From positions 92,598,375 to 92,662,374 of the forward strand of contig NC_068985.1 in assembly GCF_001194135.2 (NCBI RefSeq): 64,000 nt of DNA, read 5' to 3'. The notes beneath the pieces were generated by a model, which searched no databases, was not told where the DNA came from, and worked only from the letters and a program-made list of their open reading frames with translations. Positions within the stretch are counted from its first letter, which is position 1, and the number at the start of each line of letters is the position of its first letter. Both the position numbers and the translations under genes were made by a program. The DNA is from Octopus bimaculoides. Its lineage: Eukaryota. Positions 1 to 11,632 of the stretch are shown here, one piece after another.

Positions 1-599
1 TTCTGTACAGCATTGTGCATCTTTTTAATGATTCTCCCATCATTATCTTGGCAAAGCTGAAGGTTATGCAGAGTTATCTCCCATATTCACCAGAACCATT
101 AAATTAATGATTCAGCTAATATTGTTTTTTTCTCACCTTTTATTTATAATTTTTTCTGTTTTGTTTTTTGCATGCTCAGTGTATTAAATATATCGACACA
201 AACTTTACTAAGAATCCAAACAGACCCTTCTCTTTTCCCAGTACACAAAATCTATACTTCTTAGACTTTTTTCTTTTCTTTTTTAACTGTACAAAACTTA
301 CCATTTGCAATTGTATTTTTTGTTATCATTGAATTATGGTTGAGAAGAGCATAAAAGGTGTGTAGTAGCAGTAGTAGCAGCAGCAACAGCAGGTGTAATT
401 TTTTGATTTTCACGGTGTAGTCTGGTAAAGAAAAGCAGCATGCAAGAACTGAATATGAAGAACTGGTTTCTCCCCATCCCCTCCATCATCAGTCTTAGTT
501 GTTTTGGAAGGAAATATACTGTATTTTACTTTCGGTGTTTCTTTGTAAATCCTTCTTAAAAATAGTAAGGTCTGATCTGAGGGCATTTGATAGCTATTT

Positions 600-775
600 C
601 TAACAGGTTGAGTAACCATCTAGAGGCCCTCTTGTTGGTTCATATCACGAGAAGTTTTCTTCATCCAGACCATTTGGGATAAATTCTTGCAACAGGGGTG
701 AATCTGCTCAAGGCACTCAAGACCCAGCAGGAAGTGGTATTATAGCTACTTTTTGGCTCTGAACCAGCCAAAGGT
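600..775 (+). mobile_element. Highly degenerate RTE-type LINE 3' coding remnant
   Basis: Broken frames give WFISREVFF and VNLLKALKTQQEVVL*LLFGSEP, loosely like the RTE C-terminal GH..R..QE....LLLW.P segment; contains stops and frameshifts. Confidence 0.3.
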
Positions 776-1329
776 AAAATAAATAAATAAATAGAAAATG
801 TAAAGAAAGGAAGGAAGTAACAAAAACACCTATGTGTGAACTGCATTCAATTAGAATCCTCAAAATAACTGTAAAAATCAAGTTTTTATCATGACAATGT
901 TTCTCTCAGTCTCCCATCCTCAATATAGCAAACATTGAGTGACCTCTTCGGGGGCCAATATATACTTCATCCCCCAACAACTACTAACCTTTTAAGAAAA
1001 CCCAAGTGAGATCCACAATATTATACAGGTCTCACATTTAAAACAGTTTTGAAATTACACAATCTAGACCGAAATCTAGAAAAATTCTTATTAATTGACA
1101 TAAAGTTACTCTCCTCCACTCTCCCATCCCTGACCCACTGCTATCCTCTCTTTGCACTCACCTTTTCTACGGTTAACTGATATGGTCTTTAATTCCTGGA
1201 GCAATCTAGTCTCATCATATATTCATGCATGCATTCCTGACTCAACTGTTTCTCTGCCCCTCAACCACTAAGTTTTTTCAACTTTCTCTCATAGGGCCTG
1301 TACTATCTCCTCTGCTCAGCCAGTAAAGT

Positions 1330-1585
1330 AATTCACCCTGGACATTACTGTCTCAACTCATAGGGCTCATAGAGCCACTTGTCCAATTCCATGGCATATA
1401 AGTAACCAAGCTCAAATCATATACCTTGGATGGGATGCCAGCTCTTCACAGGGTAACTCATTTATAGTTGTGTGAACAGGAGCATTGTGAAATGAAGCAT
1501 TTTGCTCAAGAACACAACACACACCTAGTCCAGGAATTGAAACCATGATCTTGTGATTATCGGTGCAACACTCAAATCACTAGAG
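1330..1585 (-). mobile_element. tRNA-derived SINE (family G), diverged
   Basis: Reverse strand has a tRNA-like head with a B-box-like GGTTTCAATTCC followed by tgtgttcttgagcaaaatgcttcatttcac, shared with the copy at 11633-11861. Confidence 0.7.
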
Positions 1586-2026
1586 TGCAACAGTCAAATC
1601 TTTGCACTAACTACTACACTAAGTAGTACTCCCTCATCCTCACCAGAATTCTCTCTGTTTATCTTTTTCTGCCAATGTTTTTTCCTGCTGCCATCAACTT
1701 GCAATTGTCCGAGAGGAACAGTGTTAGATTTCACCAATCTCAAACAAGTTCCTGAACACATCTCCTTCCTCCAGACCAAAGAATTGAAAAAAAAAAAATA
1801 ATAATATTCTGACCATGAAACAGTTTCTCTTTTATTCAAACTTAATGTTTCATAAACTGTACAGTGTCTTAGTTTTTGAAAATGGACGGATGCCGTTTCA
1901 AGATATTATGGTTGCTTTATATAAGCATAGTTGTTCTATAACCAATGCGCTGAAGTAGATGTTATTTAGACTGATGTCAGGCTTAAACAACATCAGATTT
2001 ATGGTGAAATATGTTCCACTTGTAAC

Positions 2027-2175
2027 CATCTCTCTCTCTCTCATTCACTCACTCCCTCTTACTCACTCTCTCTCTCTCTCTCTCATTCACTCACTCCCTC
2101 TTACTCACTCTCTCTCTCTCTCTCTCTCTCATTCACTCACTCCCCCTTACTCACTCTCTCTCTCTCTCTCTCTCT
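2027..2175. repeat. (CT)n-based compound minisatellite
   Basis: Unit tcattcactcactccctcttactcac(tc)n repeated three times. Confidence 0.9.
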
Positions 2176-2419
2176 TATATAATCCTGTATTTTGTTTTTG
2201 TAGACATAGCTTCCAGGTATAAATAAATAAATGGATAAAAGTACTCAATACCTCAGGGAATGGTGTTTTATATTTTGTAATAGGTTACTTATTTACAGAA
2301 TATATTCCGTTTCAGTTCACAGGAATGGAACGTGGTCACAACCGAATCGAAACATAATCTGCAAACAACTAACCTATTAAAGAAATTTATATATATGTAT
2401 TTATGAATACATATTTATA

Positions 2420-2841
2420 NNNNNNNNNNNNNNNNNNNNNNNNNNNNNNNNNNNNNNNNNNNNNNNNNNNNNNNNNNNNNNNNNNNNNNNNNNNNNNNNN
2501 NNNNNNNNNNNNNNNNNNNNNNNNNNNNNNNNNNNNNNNNNNNNNNNNNNNNNNNNNNNNNNNNNNNNNNNNNNNNNNNNNNNNNNNNNNNNNNNNNNNN
2601 NNNNNNNNNNNNNNNNNNNNNNNNNNNNNNNNNNNNNNNNNNNNNNNNNNNNNNNNNNNNNNNNNNNNNNNNNNNNNNNNNNNNNNNNNNNNNNNNNNNN
2701 NNNNNNNNNNNNNNNNNNNNNNNNNNNNNNNNNNNNNNNNNNNNNNNNNNNNNNNNNNNNNNNNNNNNNNNNNNNNNNNNNNNNNNNNNNNNNNNNNNNN
2801 NNNNNNNNNNNNNNNNNNNNNNNNNNNNNNNNNNNNNNNNN
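2420..2841. other. Assembly gap
   Basis: N-run flanked by AT/GT microsatellite. Confidence 1.
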
Positions 2842-3574
2842 GATATATGAGCATATGCATGTATACATACATATATGCACATACCTACATCCACATGTAT
2901 ATATAGATGCATATATATATATATGTATGATTATGTATATATGTATATGTGTATTTATGTATGTGTATGCATGTGCGTGTTTACAAATATATACATTTCT
3001 AGTTTGATAACGTTTTCCTAATATTCAAATCCATTTGATGGAGGGGGAAAAATATGTATGTATGTATTTATTAATAATTTCCTATCAAGTATTTAGCCAT
3101 AAGTTTGGAAATATGTATTTACTCCCACCCCCCAGTCTCAACACCACCACCACCACCGCCACCATCACTTATGATTTTCTTGTTCAGTGGACAGGTTGCA
3201 TTTCCTGTGGAATAATTAAATGATTTCTCTCTTGAAATCAATGGTAAGCATTTGCCTGACTACTTAACAAATCATTGGATTATTTCGTTTAGCTATAGTT
3301 TTAATGGGAATAAGGTACTACATCTTCAAATTCTGACAATAATCTTCTTAAGCAGTATAAAGTCTGAATGTTGTATTATAATTATTATCAATTTTGTTTT
3401 TTTTCAAAAATTCTGTTTTTGTTGCTTTTTGGTTTGCGTTTCATCTGTTTAATATTTTCTTTGTTACTTTAATAACTGAGAGAATATATAATCCGGTGGT
3501 TCTTTAACATAGATAAAAAGAAAATTTTGTTTATTTCCAGATCTTGGAGTATGATAAAACATCCTTTGTGAAAG

Positions 3575-3940
3575 CCTTCTTTCTTTCTTTCTTTCTTTCT
3601 CCCCCATCACTGTTTCTTTGTATCTCTTCCTCTCATACATTTCTGTCTGTCTTTCCCTCTCTCATTATTGACGTCTCTTTGTCTCTCTCTCTCTCTCTCT
3701 TTATCTATATCAATCATTCAGTCTCATTTTCTTCCACTTATCCCCTCTGTTTGCTGTCTGTTTCCTTATCTCTGGTCTTTCTTACCATCATCATCTCTGT
3801 TTGTCTCTCATTATCTCTACCTCCCCCTTTTCCTCTTAATCTCTCTCTCCCTCTACTTATCTCCCTCCCTCTCATCAGCCCTGCCTGTTTCTCTACTCCT
3901 CTCTCTCTCACCACATTTCCCTATCCTCCCTCTTCCTCTG
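3575..3940 (+). repeat. Long polypyrimidine / degenerate (CT)n tract
   Basis: About 360 bp, strongly C/T-rich on the plus strand; explains ORFs 3544-3948 and 3668-4027. Confidence 0.9.
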
Positions 3941-4764
3941 TACATTAGAGTGAAAGGACTTGTCTGCCATGTTAACCCAAACAACTTTAAGCATACACTG
4001 AATCTCATGTACTTTAAACAAAAGTAACAGAAAGCATTATTCATTGTGTGAAGCCAGTTCCACAGACTATGCATTAGTATATTCTTCATTACTTTGTGAA
4101 GTGTCCATTTTTACAAGACTTGGGTGAAACTGAATAACAAAGGTATCATATCTAGGTTTTAAAAAATAAATAAAACCTTGTCTATTACTTTTTGTTGTTA
4201 TTTCTTCTCATACTTGACTAGCCAGGTGTTAAAAGATTCTGTAGTGTTATTTATTGAGTCAGAGCTATATTGACTAATATTATGGAAAATATAGTTCTTT
4301 TAGTTGTATTGAATTTTTAGATTTTTTGCTTACAAATTTTTGTTTTGAAAAATTCTAAAAGTAAGTACTTTTGTACTAGTTTTGAAGAATTAAGTGGTTA
4401 TGTAAAAGTAACCTTGGCTAACATACTCTGCAGCAAGAAATATATTTGAGTTTTATTTTATTTTTATTTTTGTCAATCTTATGTATCATTTCCTCTGAAT
4501 GAAACAGGAGAAAAAAGTACTCAAAAAAAGTACTCAATACCTGGATGATATTTTATGATGAGGATCCTGATGATGATTATGATGACTGAATGTTGTCTCA
4601 AGTGCCTTTCTTTTGCAGCGGAACCAAATTCTGCTGAAACAGGGTGTAATTAGCTTGTATCTGTTTACCATGTTGATAATGATTTCTGACATGATCAAAC
4701 CACATTGTACAGCAATCAATTACATGTACACTATTGTAACTTGACCAAACTGCACGATATATGG

Positions 4765-4961
4765 CTCTTTTACTCTTTTACTGGTTTCAGTCATTTGACT
4801 GCGGCCATGTTGGAGCACCGCCTTTAGTCGAGCAAATTGACCCTGGGACTTATTCTTTGTAAGCCGAGTACTTATTCTATCGGTCTCTTTTGCCGAACCA
4901 CTAAGTTACGGGGACATAACACACCAGCATCGGTTATCAAGCAATGCTAGGGGGACAAACA

Positions 4962-5007
<46 letters not shown>

Positions 5008-5179
5008 CACATATATGACAGGCTTCTTTCAGTTACCGTCTACCAAATTCACTCACAAGGCTTTGGTCGGCCCAAGGCTATAGTAGAAGACACCTGCCCA
5101 AGATGCCACGCAGTGGGACTGAACCCGGAACCATGTGGTTGGTAAGTAAGCTATTTACCACACAGCCACTCCTGCACCT
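4765..5179 (-). mobile_element. tRNA-derived SINE family A, full length
   Basis: Reverse strand: A-box TGGCTGTGTGGT, B-box GGTTCAGTCC, central (TA)/(TG) microsatellite and (aaaagagt)n tail; about a dozen similar copies in the window. Confidence 0.92.
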
Positions 5180-6456
5180 ATCAGTCAGCTTTTAGGTAGT
5201 ATATGTGTATTTCAAGCCCCAGACATTGTCTTGTAGGTAAGTTGTATGCAGTTCTTTGTGTTTTGAGGAAAAGAAAACACTTACTTACTTATGACTGCAT
5301 ACTGTGTGTGTCTGTGTGTCTGTGTATATATACACACACACTGACATATATTGTAAGTGTATATGTGTGCATTTATATATATCTATGTGTGTGTGCAAGT
5401 ATATTTATACATATGTATATAGATTTGTGTGCAATTTTTTCTGTTTCATTTTTCTGAAACTATTTTCAGATTTTTGTGAAGACAATTCTTATCTCTGTCT
5501 TAAATAAAATAATTCATATATAAATGATCTTCGTTGGTCTCATGCCACTCTACCCTACCCCATCTGATTGGCACCATTTTAATCTGTCACTTTCTCACAA
5601 GCTGGTTTCTAGAAGGGAACAAAAATCAACACTTTTTTCAATATTTCATCTCAGATTGCTCAAACAGCTATTAGCTGTTTTTACCTGCTGCTTCAGACAT
5701 AACAATTATTTCAGCATCTTTAATCATTGATTGAAATTAGTTCCAAATTTTACACACTTGCATGCACACACAAGTGAGTAAAACACATATACACACATCG
5801 TATATATTCTCGTTTTCCAACTCCCTCTCTCTGTTTCTCTCTCTCTCTTTCTCATTCTTTCCCTCTCTGTTCGTCTATCTGTCTGTCTCTCTCAGTATTC
5901 TCTTCAAAAATTAAATATCATAGAGAAACAAATAATAGTCTTATCTTCAATAACTCTTAGATATTTTATCTAGTTTGCTTCCAATGTTACTCAGAAAATA
6001 TTCAACTATTGTTTGAAATTCTTAGAATATTTTGGAAGCCAATCATAAAATCATTCATTTCTTCATTCAGTTTAATTTCTATGAAAAAAAAAAATAATAA
6101 TAATAAAATTCTAATAACTCAAGTTTTTTCAAAATGATTGAATTTGTTGTGGAAGATAAAACCAAACAAACACACATACATACATACACACACATTTACA
6201 TACGTACGTATGTACGTACGTATATATGTATGCATGTGTGTATTATATAACTTCATTAATTATGTATCAAGTTTTTAATTAAATTTGACGATTTTTGTTT
6301 GTTATAATAATGAAGCTTTCCACGTAATTATTTCTGTCATGATTACTTGAAATTGTTCAGATTATCAACCTAATATTTTATTTCAGTGTTTCTTAATCTC
6401 CTGTTAATTGGATTTTAAGTATATAGTGCCAGTAACTCTGTTAAACATATATATAT

Positions 6457-6494
6457 NNNNNNNNNNNNNNNNNNNNNNNNNNNNNNNNNNNNNN
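6457..6494. other. Assembly gap in (AT)n
   Basis: N-run. Confidence 1.
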
Positions 6495-6495
6495 T

Positions 6496-6530
<35 letters not shown>

Positions 6531-6850
6531 CATATATACATACCAAAAGAAACGGTAAATAAGGGTAAGGCAAAGGAAGCTGGAATGATTCCAGTTTATT
6601 AGATTAATTCTTCAAGACCTATATTGAAAATAAGTTTTTAATTTTATTTTATGATTTTTTTGTCTGGATGTCTGTCGGAGCATGAAAGGAACCATGGTCT
6701 CATGAGAGGAACCATGATCTCATGAGAGGCTATAAACTATAGTGACATTTTCTGTGAGTGATTCAGTTGGGGACTAGTTTAGGGCACTACTCATAAAATG
6801 TAACAAAAGACCATAGCGGATTGTTTCACCTGACAAGACTGTTTTCTTAA

Positions 6851-7070
6851 CCCTTTTACATTTAAACTGCTGATATCTGGCCCTAATATTCTACTTGTTT
6901 TATGTTCAGACCAGATGGATCTTGCTTTTCACACTTACTCTACAATGGCATTCTGAAAATAGACAATCATGTCATTGAAATCTTGAAGTTACAAGATAAG
7001 GTATGATAAATTTAAAACAATATGAATATATAGGCTTTACATTTTACAAAGCAATCTGAATGCTAACGGG
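6851..7070. mobile_element. piggyBac-type MITE with TTAA target-site duplication
   Basis: TTAA|CCCTTTTACATT...AATGCTAACGGG|TTAA (TTAA at 6847-6850 and 7071-7074); related copies at 18184-18270 and 41385-41580. Confidence 0.85.
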
Positions 7071-7429
7071 TTAAGATTTTTGGATAGGCTTCGGTCTCTG
7101 TTCTATCTGATAATCAGACTCCATTCTCAAAGGTTGTTTGACTTATAACATCTAAAAATCAGAAGCATTATAAAGGATGAATTGTTTAGCCTCATCTCAT
7201 CTCTGATCAAACCGACATTCCTGTTTGGTCTTCCTTGTGACAGCTGCTGAAATCACAGGGAGTATCCAGCCAATGTGAATTCAATGTTTGGAACTGGCTC
7301 ACCTAAACCCAAGTGATGCTATCACAAGCACTCATTACAAGAATCAGCCCCTTTCTGTCCTGTACTGGTCATCTGCATTTTGGCATAACCAAACTTTTGA
7401 AAACTTGCAGGTTTAATGTAGCTATAGAC

Positions 7430-7630
7430 ATGTGTGCCAGTGCCATGTAAAAAAAGCATTTGTGCTGGTGCCACATAAGAAGTCCCTTTAATGCCCCATA
7501 AAAAGCACTTGTGCTGGCGTCATGTAAAGAGCACCCATGCTGTTTGCCAAGAAGGGTATCCAGTCATACAAACCATACCAAACAGATAGTTGGTGTTCGG
7601 TGCATCTCTCCAGCTTGCCAGCTCTGGTCA

Positions 7631-7669
<39 letters not shown>

Positions 7670-7678
7670 TAATGATGA
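7430..7678 (+). mobile_element. Family B non-autonomous RTE-tail element, diverged
   Basis: Tandem gtgccatgtaaaaagca-type units, a gaagggtatccag core and a (GAT)n tail at 7632-7678. Confidence 0.75.
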
Positions 7679-7929
7679 TAGACATCACAAGGATCCAAAG
7701 ATGCTTCTGGAATAGTTGTTGAGTTTGCAAAGTTTACCAAAAGACTTTACATTGAATGCGGATGCAATTGAGCAGGAAGAGGATTTGGGGAGAAAGAGAG
7801 AGATTGGAATGGAATTAAAGGGAAAGAGTTGCAGGTATCGCAAGCAGAGAAAATATATTCAAACAGATTCTATTTACAGAGGTAAATAAATCCCTCAGAG
7901 AAAATAATGCAGGTCAAATTGAGAGAAAG

Positions 7930-8596
7930 NNNNNNNNNNNNNNNNNNNNNNNNNNNNNNNNNNNNNNNNNNNNNNNNNNNNNNNNNNNNNNNNNNNNNNN
8001 NNNNNNNNNNNNNNNNNNNNNNNNNNNNNNNNNNNNNNNNNNNNNNNNNNNNNNNNNNNNNNNNNNNNNNNNNNNNNNNNNNNNNNNNNNNNNNNNNNNN
8101 NNNNNNNNNNNNNNNNNNNNNNNNNNNNNNNNNNNNNNNNNNNNNNNNNNNNNNNNNNNNNNNNNNNNNNNNNNNNNNNNNNNNNNNNNNNNNNNNNNNN
8201 NNNNNNNNNNNNNNNNNNNNNNNNNNNNNNNNNNNNNNNNNNNNNNNNNNNNNNNNNNNNNNNNNNNNNNNNNNNNNNNNNNNNNNNNNNNNNNNNNNNN
8301 NNNNNNNNNNNNNNNNNNNNNNNNNNNNNNNNNNNNNNNNNNNNNNNNNNNNNNNNNNNNNNNNNNNNNNNNNNNNNNNNNNNNNNNNNNNNNNNNNNNN
8401 NNNNNNNNNNNNNNNNNNNNNNNNNNNNNNNNNNNNNNNNNNNNNNNNNNNNNNNNNNNNNNNNNNNNNNNNNNNNNNNNNNNNNNNNNNNNNNNNNNNN
8501 NNNNNNNNNNNNNNNNNNNNNNNNNNNNNNNNNNNNNNNNNNNNNNNNNNNNNNNNNNNNNNNNNNNNNNNNNNNNNNNNNNNNNNNNNNNNNNNN
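7930..8596. other. Assembly gap
   Basis: N-run. Confidence 1.
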
Positions 8597-8974
8597 TATA
8601 TGTAACTAGCTGTATGTTTTAGAGAGAAGTAAGAAAACCTGTGGGTGTATGAATATGATATATATAAAACTAGAAAGCTATATTTTAGAGAATTAAGAAA
8701 ACTTGTGAGTGTTTTACACATACACACATACTATAAAGATATTATGTGTGCATGAGTGTACATATAAAATATGCATGAGTGGTGGGTCATATATCTTTTA
8801 TTCTACATTTAATCATTGTAATAAGCTGTTAGTATTCATGTAAGTATGTTACATATCAAAGCATTAAATTGAGTAAACCATTCTTGTGTTTGGTTTTGTT
8901 CTTTGAAAGTTCACATTCCATATTCTTGGTAGGTGTTTGAAGTAAATGAAAGCATAATCAGGAAATTTATCTTG

Positions 8975-9434
8975 CCTGTACCAGTGTCACGTAACCAGCC
9001 TATTTATAAGTACCCTTGAATCGTCAGCCGACACGCTGCGCTTGAGAAGACCTATTGAGTCAAGTAAAATATATCAAAAAATCAAATCAGAATGGAAATT
9101 GTAGGTGCCGCTGATGCCAGGGGTGCCTGCCTGGCACCCATGCTGGTGGCACGTAATAAGCACCATTCAAGCATGGGTTGATGCCAGCGCCACCTCACTG
9201 GCTTCCCATGCTGGTGACATGTAAAAAACACTATCTGAATGTGGTTGATGCCAGTCCCTTCTGATTGGCTCCTGTGCTGGTGGCACATAAAAAGCACCAT
9301 CTGAACATGGTCAATGCCAGCGCTGCCTGACTGGCTCCTGTGCCAAGGCACATAAAAAGCACCCACTACACGCTTGGAGTGGTTGGCGTTAGGAAGGGCA
9401 TCCAGCCGTAGAAACCTTGCCAGATCAGATTTGC
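8975..9434 (+). mobile_element. Family B element with internal ~60 bp tandem units, 3' truncated
   Basis: Four units of tggcacgtaaaaagcaccat..gatgccagc..ctggctcc, then ggagtggttggcgttaggaagggcatccagc. Confidence 0.85.
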
Positions 9435-9469
9435 AAAAAGAGACCCAACTTGATGCAGATTTTTATAGG

Positions 9470-9790
9470 AGCACTCTATTGGTTATGACAACGAGGGTCC
9501 CAGCTGATACAATTAATGGAGCAGCTTGCTCATGAAATTAACGTGCAAGTGGCTGAGCACTCAACAGATGTGTGCCCTTAATGTAGTTCTCAGGGAGATT
9601 CAGCGTGACACAGAGTGTAACGAGGCTGGCCCTTTGGAATACTGATACTACTCATTTTTGCCAGCTGAGTGGACTGGAGCAACATGAAATGAAGTGTCTT
9701 GCTGAAGGATACAATGTGTCACCGGGAATTGAGCTCATGACCTTACATTTATGAACTGAATGCCTTAGCCACTAAGCCATGTACCTTCAC
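9470..9790 (-). mobile_element. tRNA-derived SINE family E
   Basis: Reverse-strand head gtgaaggtacatggcttagtggctaagg..; body matches 17698-17909 and 35742-35938. Confidence 0.88.
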
Positions 9791-10463
9791 GTTTAGTTTT
9801 ATACTACAAGAGAAAAGAGATAAAGGATATACTTAGTCTTCTCTCCTTGTATATATTTCCTGTGAGTACATGTGTGTGCGTGTGTGTGTGTGTGCATGTG
9901 TGTGTAGGCACATATATGTAGCTGTGTGGTTCTGATGTGTGTTTCCCATCCACACTGTTTCCTTCTCACTGCTTCACATCTTGGGCAAGTGTCTCCTTTT
10001 ATAGCTCCAGCTTAGCCAAAGCCTTATGAGGGATTTGATGGGTGGAGAAGGAAAGAAGTCCATTCTGTGTATGTGTGTGTGTGTGTGCGTGTATATGTAT
10101 AATACACACACACACATATATGAATGTGATTACGAAAAGATAAGCCTGTATCTTTGTTTAAATCTAAGATTAATGAATATGTATGTAAATACTAGTGTGT
10201 TAACCATCATATGATGGATAACTTTGGAACTATACTCTTGATAGCATCAGGAAATATGCTGTACATATAATAATTACAATTCAAATTTTATGAAATTTCT
10301 TGCTGCTTATTGAAAATGATTAAATGAATAGAAATTTTTGCAAATAATTAAATAAAACAAATTTTTCATTTGTATAACACCTTTTATAGACTGATTCTGT
10401 TATTTTCTCGCTCTCCTTATGCTACTGGGTTTGTATGCACTCTCTTCCTGCACCTCCTCTGTT

Positions 10464-10570
<107 letters not shown>

Positions 10571-11094
10571 ATAAAGCATGTCTGGAGAAATCCACCGGCC
10601 AACATTTATCTATCTATCTATATCTATAAAAGAGAGTTTGTGTGTGTGTTAGTGTGTCTGTATGTTTCTTATGCATTCCAAAACTGAGTTGCTGATTTTA
10701 ACATAAGAAATATCAAATGATTTAGTAGCCTTTTGACTACCAACTGAACTATATTTTCATTCACATATTTGCATTACAAAAATTTAGCGTCATCAGTTTT
10801 CTTTTATTCACCTACCGTAAACGACATTTTATATCACCACCACAACAACGATGACGTTACATTTTCTATATGAGTGTAATCCGTGTTCGTTACCTACGTT
10901 AGGCTGATGACTGACAAATATATGTGTGATGGTGTATGTGTCTGTCAGTATACATACATTTTTGTGACAACTGACACACACACATCTAAAGGCAGAGATA
11001 GGCTTCAGGTGTGCATTAATGTATGTATGTGTGCCTTAGTTTATGTATCCACTGTTACTCTATACAGTGAAAGTGCATGGCCTAATGGTTAGAT

Positions 11095-11632
11095 CAGGGG
11101 CTCTCAACCATTTCTTATGGTCCCAGTTCATTACTATTTTATTCTGGTGGATCTCATAATTATTCAATGTTTCAAAACTAGTTTTATAGAAACTTCTTTC
11201 CAAATTCCTATTTTGTTTTTCACACAAATTCCTGCCTCTGTTTATGTGCCAGCGGCACGTAAAAACCACCCACTACACTCTTGGGCATTAGGAAGGGCAT
11301 CCAGCTGTAAAAACACTGCCAGATCAGACTGGAGCCTGGTGCAGCCTCCTGGCTTCCCAGACCCCATTCAAACTGTCCAACCTATACCAGCATGGAAAAC
11401 GGACGCTAAACGATGATGATGATGATGATGATGATAATGACATTAACTTGTGTAGGATGAAGTGTGTAAAACGTTAGAGAATGAAACCCAGCTGTTTCTT
11501 GCAATACACACCAATTCATACATCAAAAGCAAAATTTTTTCAGGGGTCCTTAAACTACAATTTTGTTGTGTGAGGCCCCAAAAATCTTAAATGGATCCTT
11601 ACAGGCCATATGGACTTGGTTGTGAACCACTG
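11095..11632. mobile_element. hAT (Charlie/MER5-like) non-autonomous DNA transposon
   Basis: Terminal inverted repeats (TIRs) CAGGGGCTCTCAACC / GGTTGTGAACCACTG and a perfect 8-bp TSD GGTTAGAT at 11087-11094 and 11633-11640. Confidence 0.92.
11231..11441 (+). mobile_element. Family B element nested in the hAT element
   Basis: ggaagggcatccagctgtaaaaac..ccagcatggaaaacggacgctaaac(gat)n. Confidence 0.9.

Noticed and set aside
2215-2385. Possible second hammerhead-like or Penelope-like end
   Set aside because: The CTGANGA core is incomplete and no stem II can be drawn.
4534-4719. RIWFRCKRK resembling the homeodomain WFQNRR helix
   Set aside because: Lacks the invariant Asn and the upstream helices.
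6687-6730. 20-bp tandem duplication ggaaccatg.tctcatgaga
   Set aside because: Simple local duplication with no further structure.
7735-7845. Open purine-rich frame LQSLPKDFTLNADAIEQEEDLGRKREIG ending at CAG|GTATCG
   Set aside because: No polypyrimidine tract at the putative acceptor, and no family recognised.
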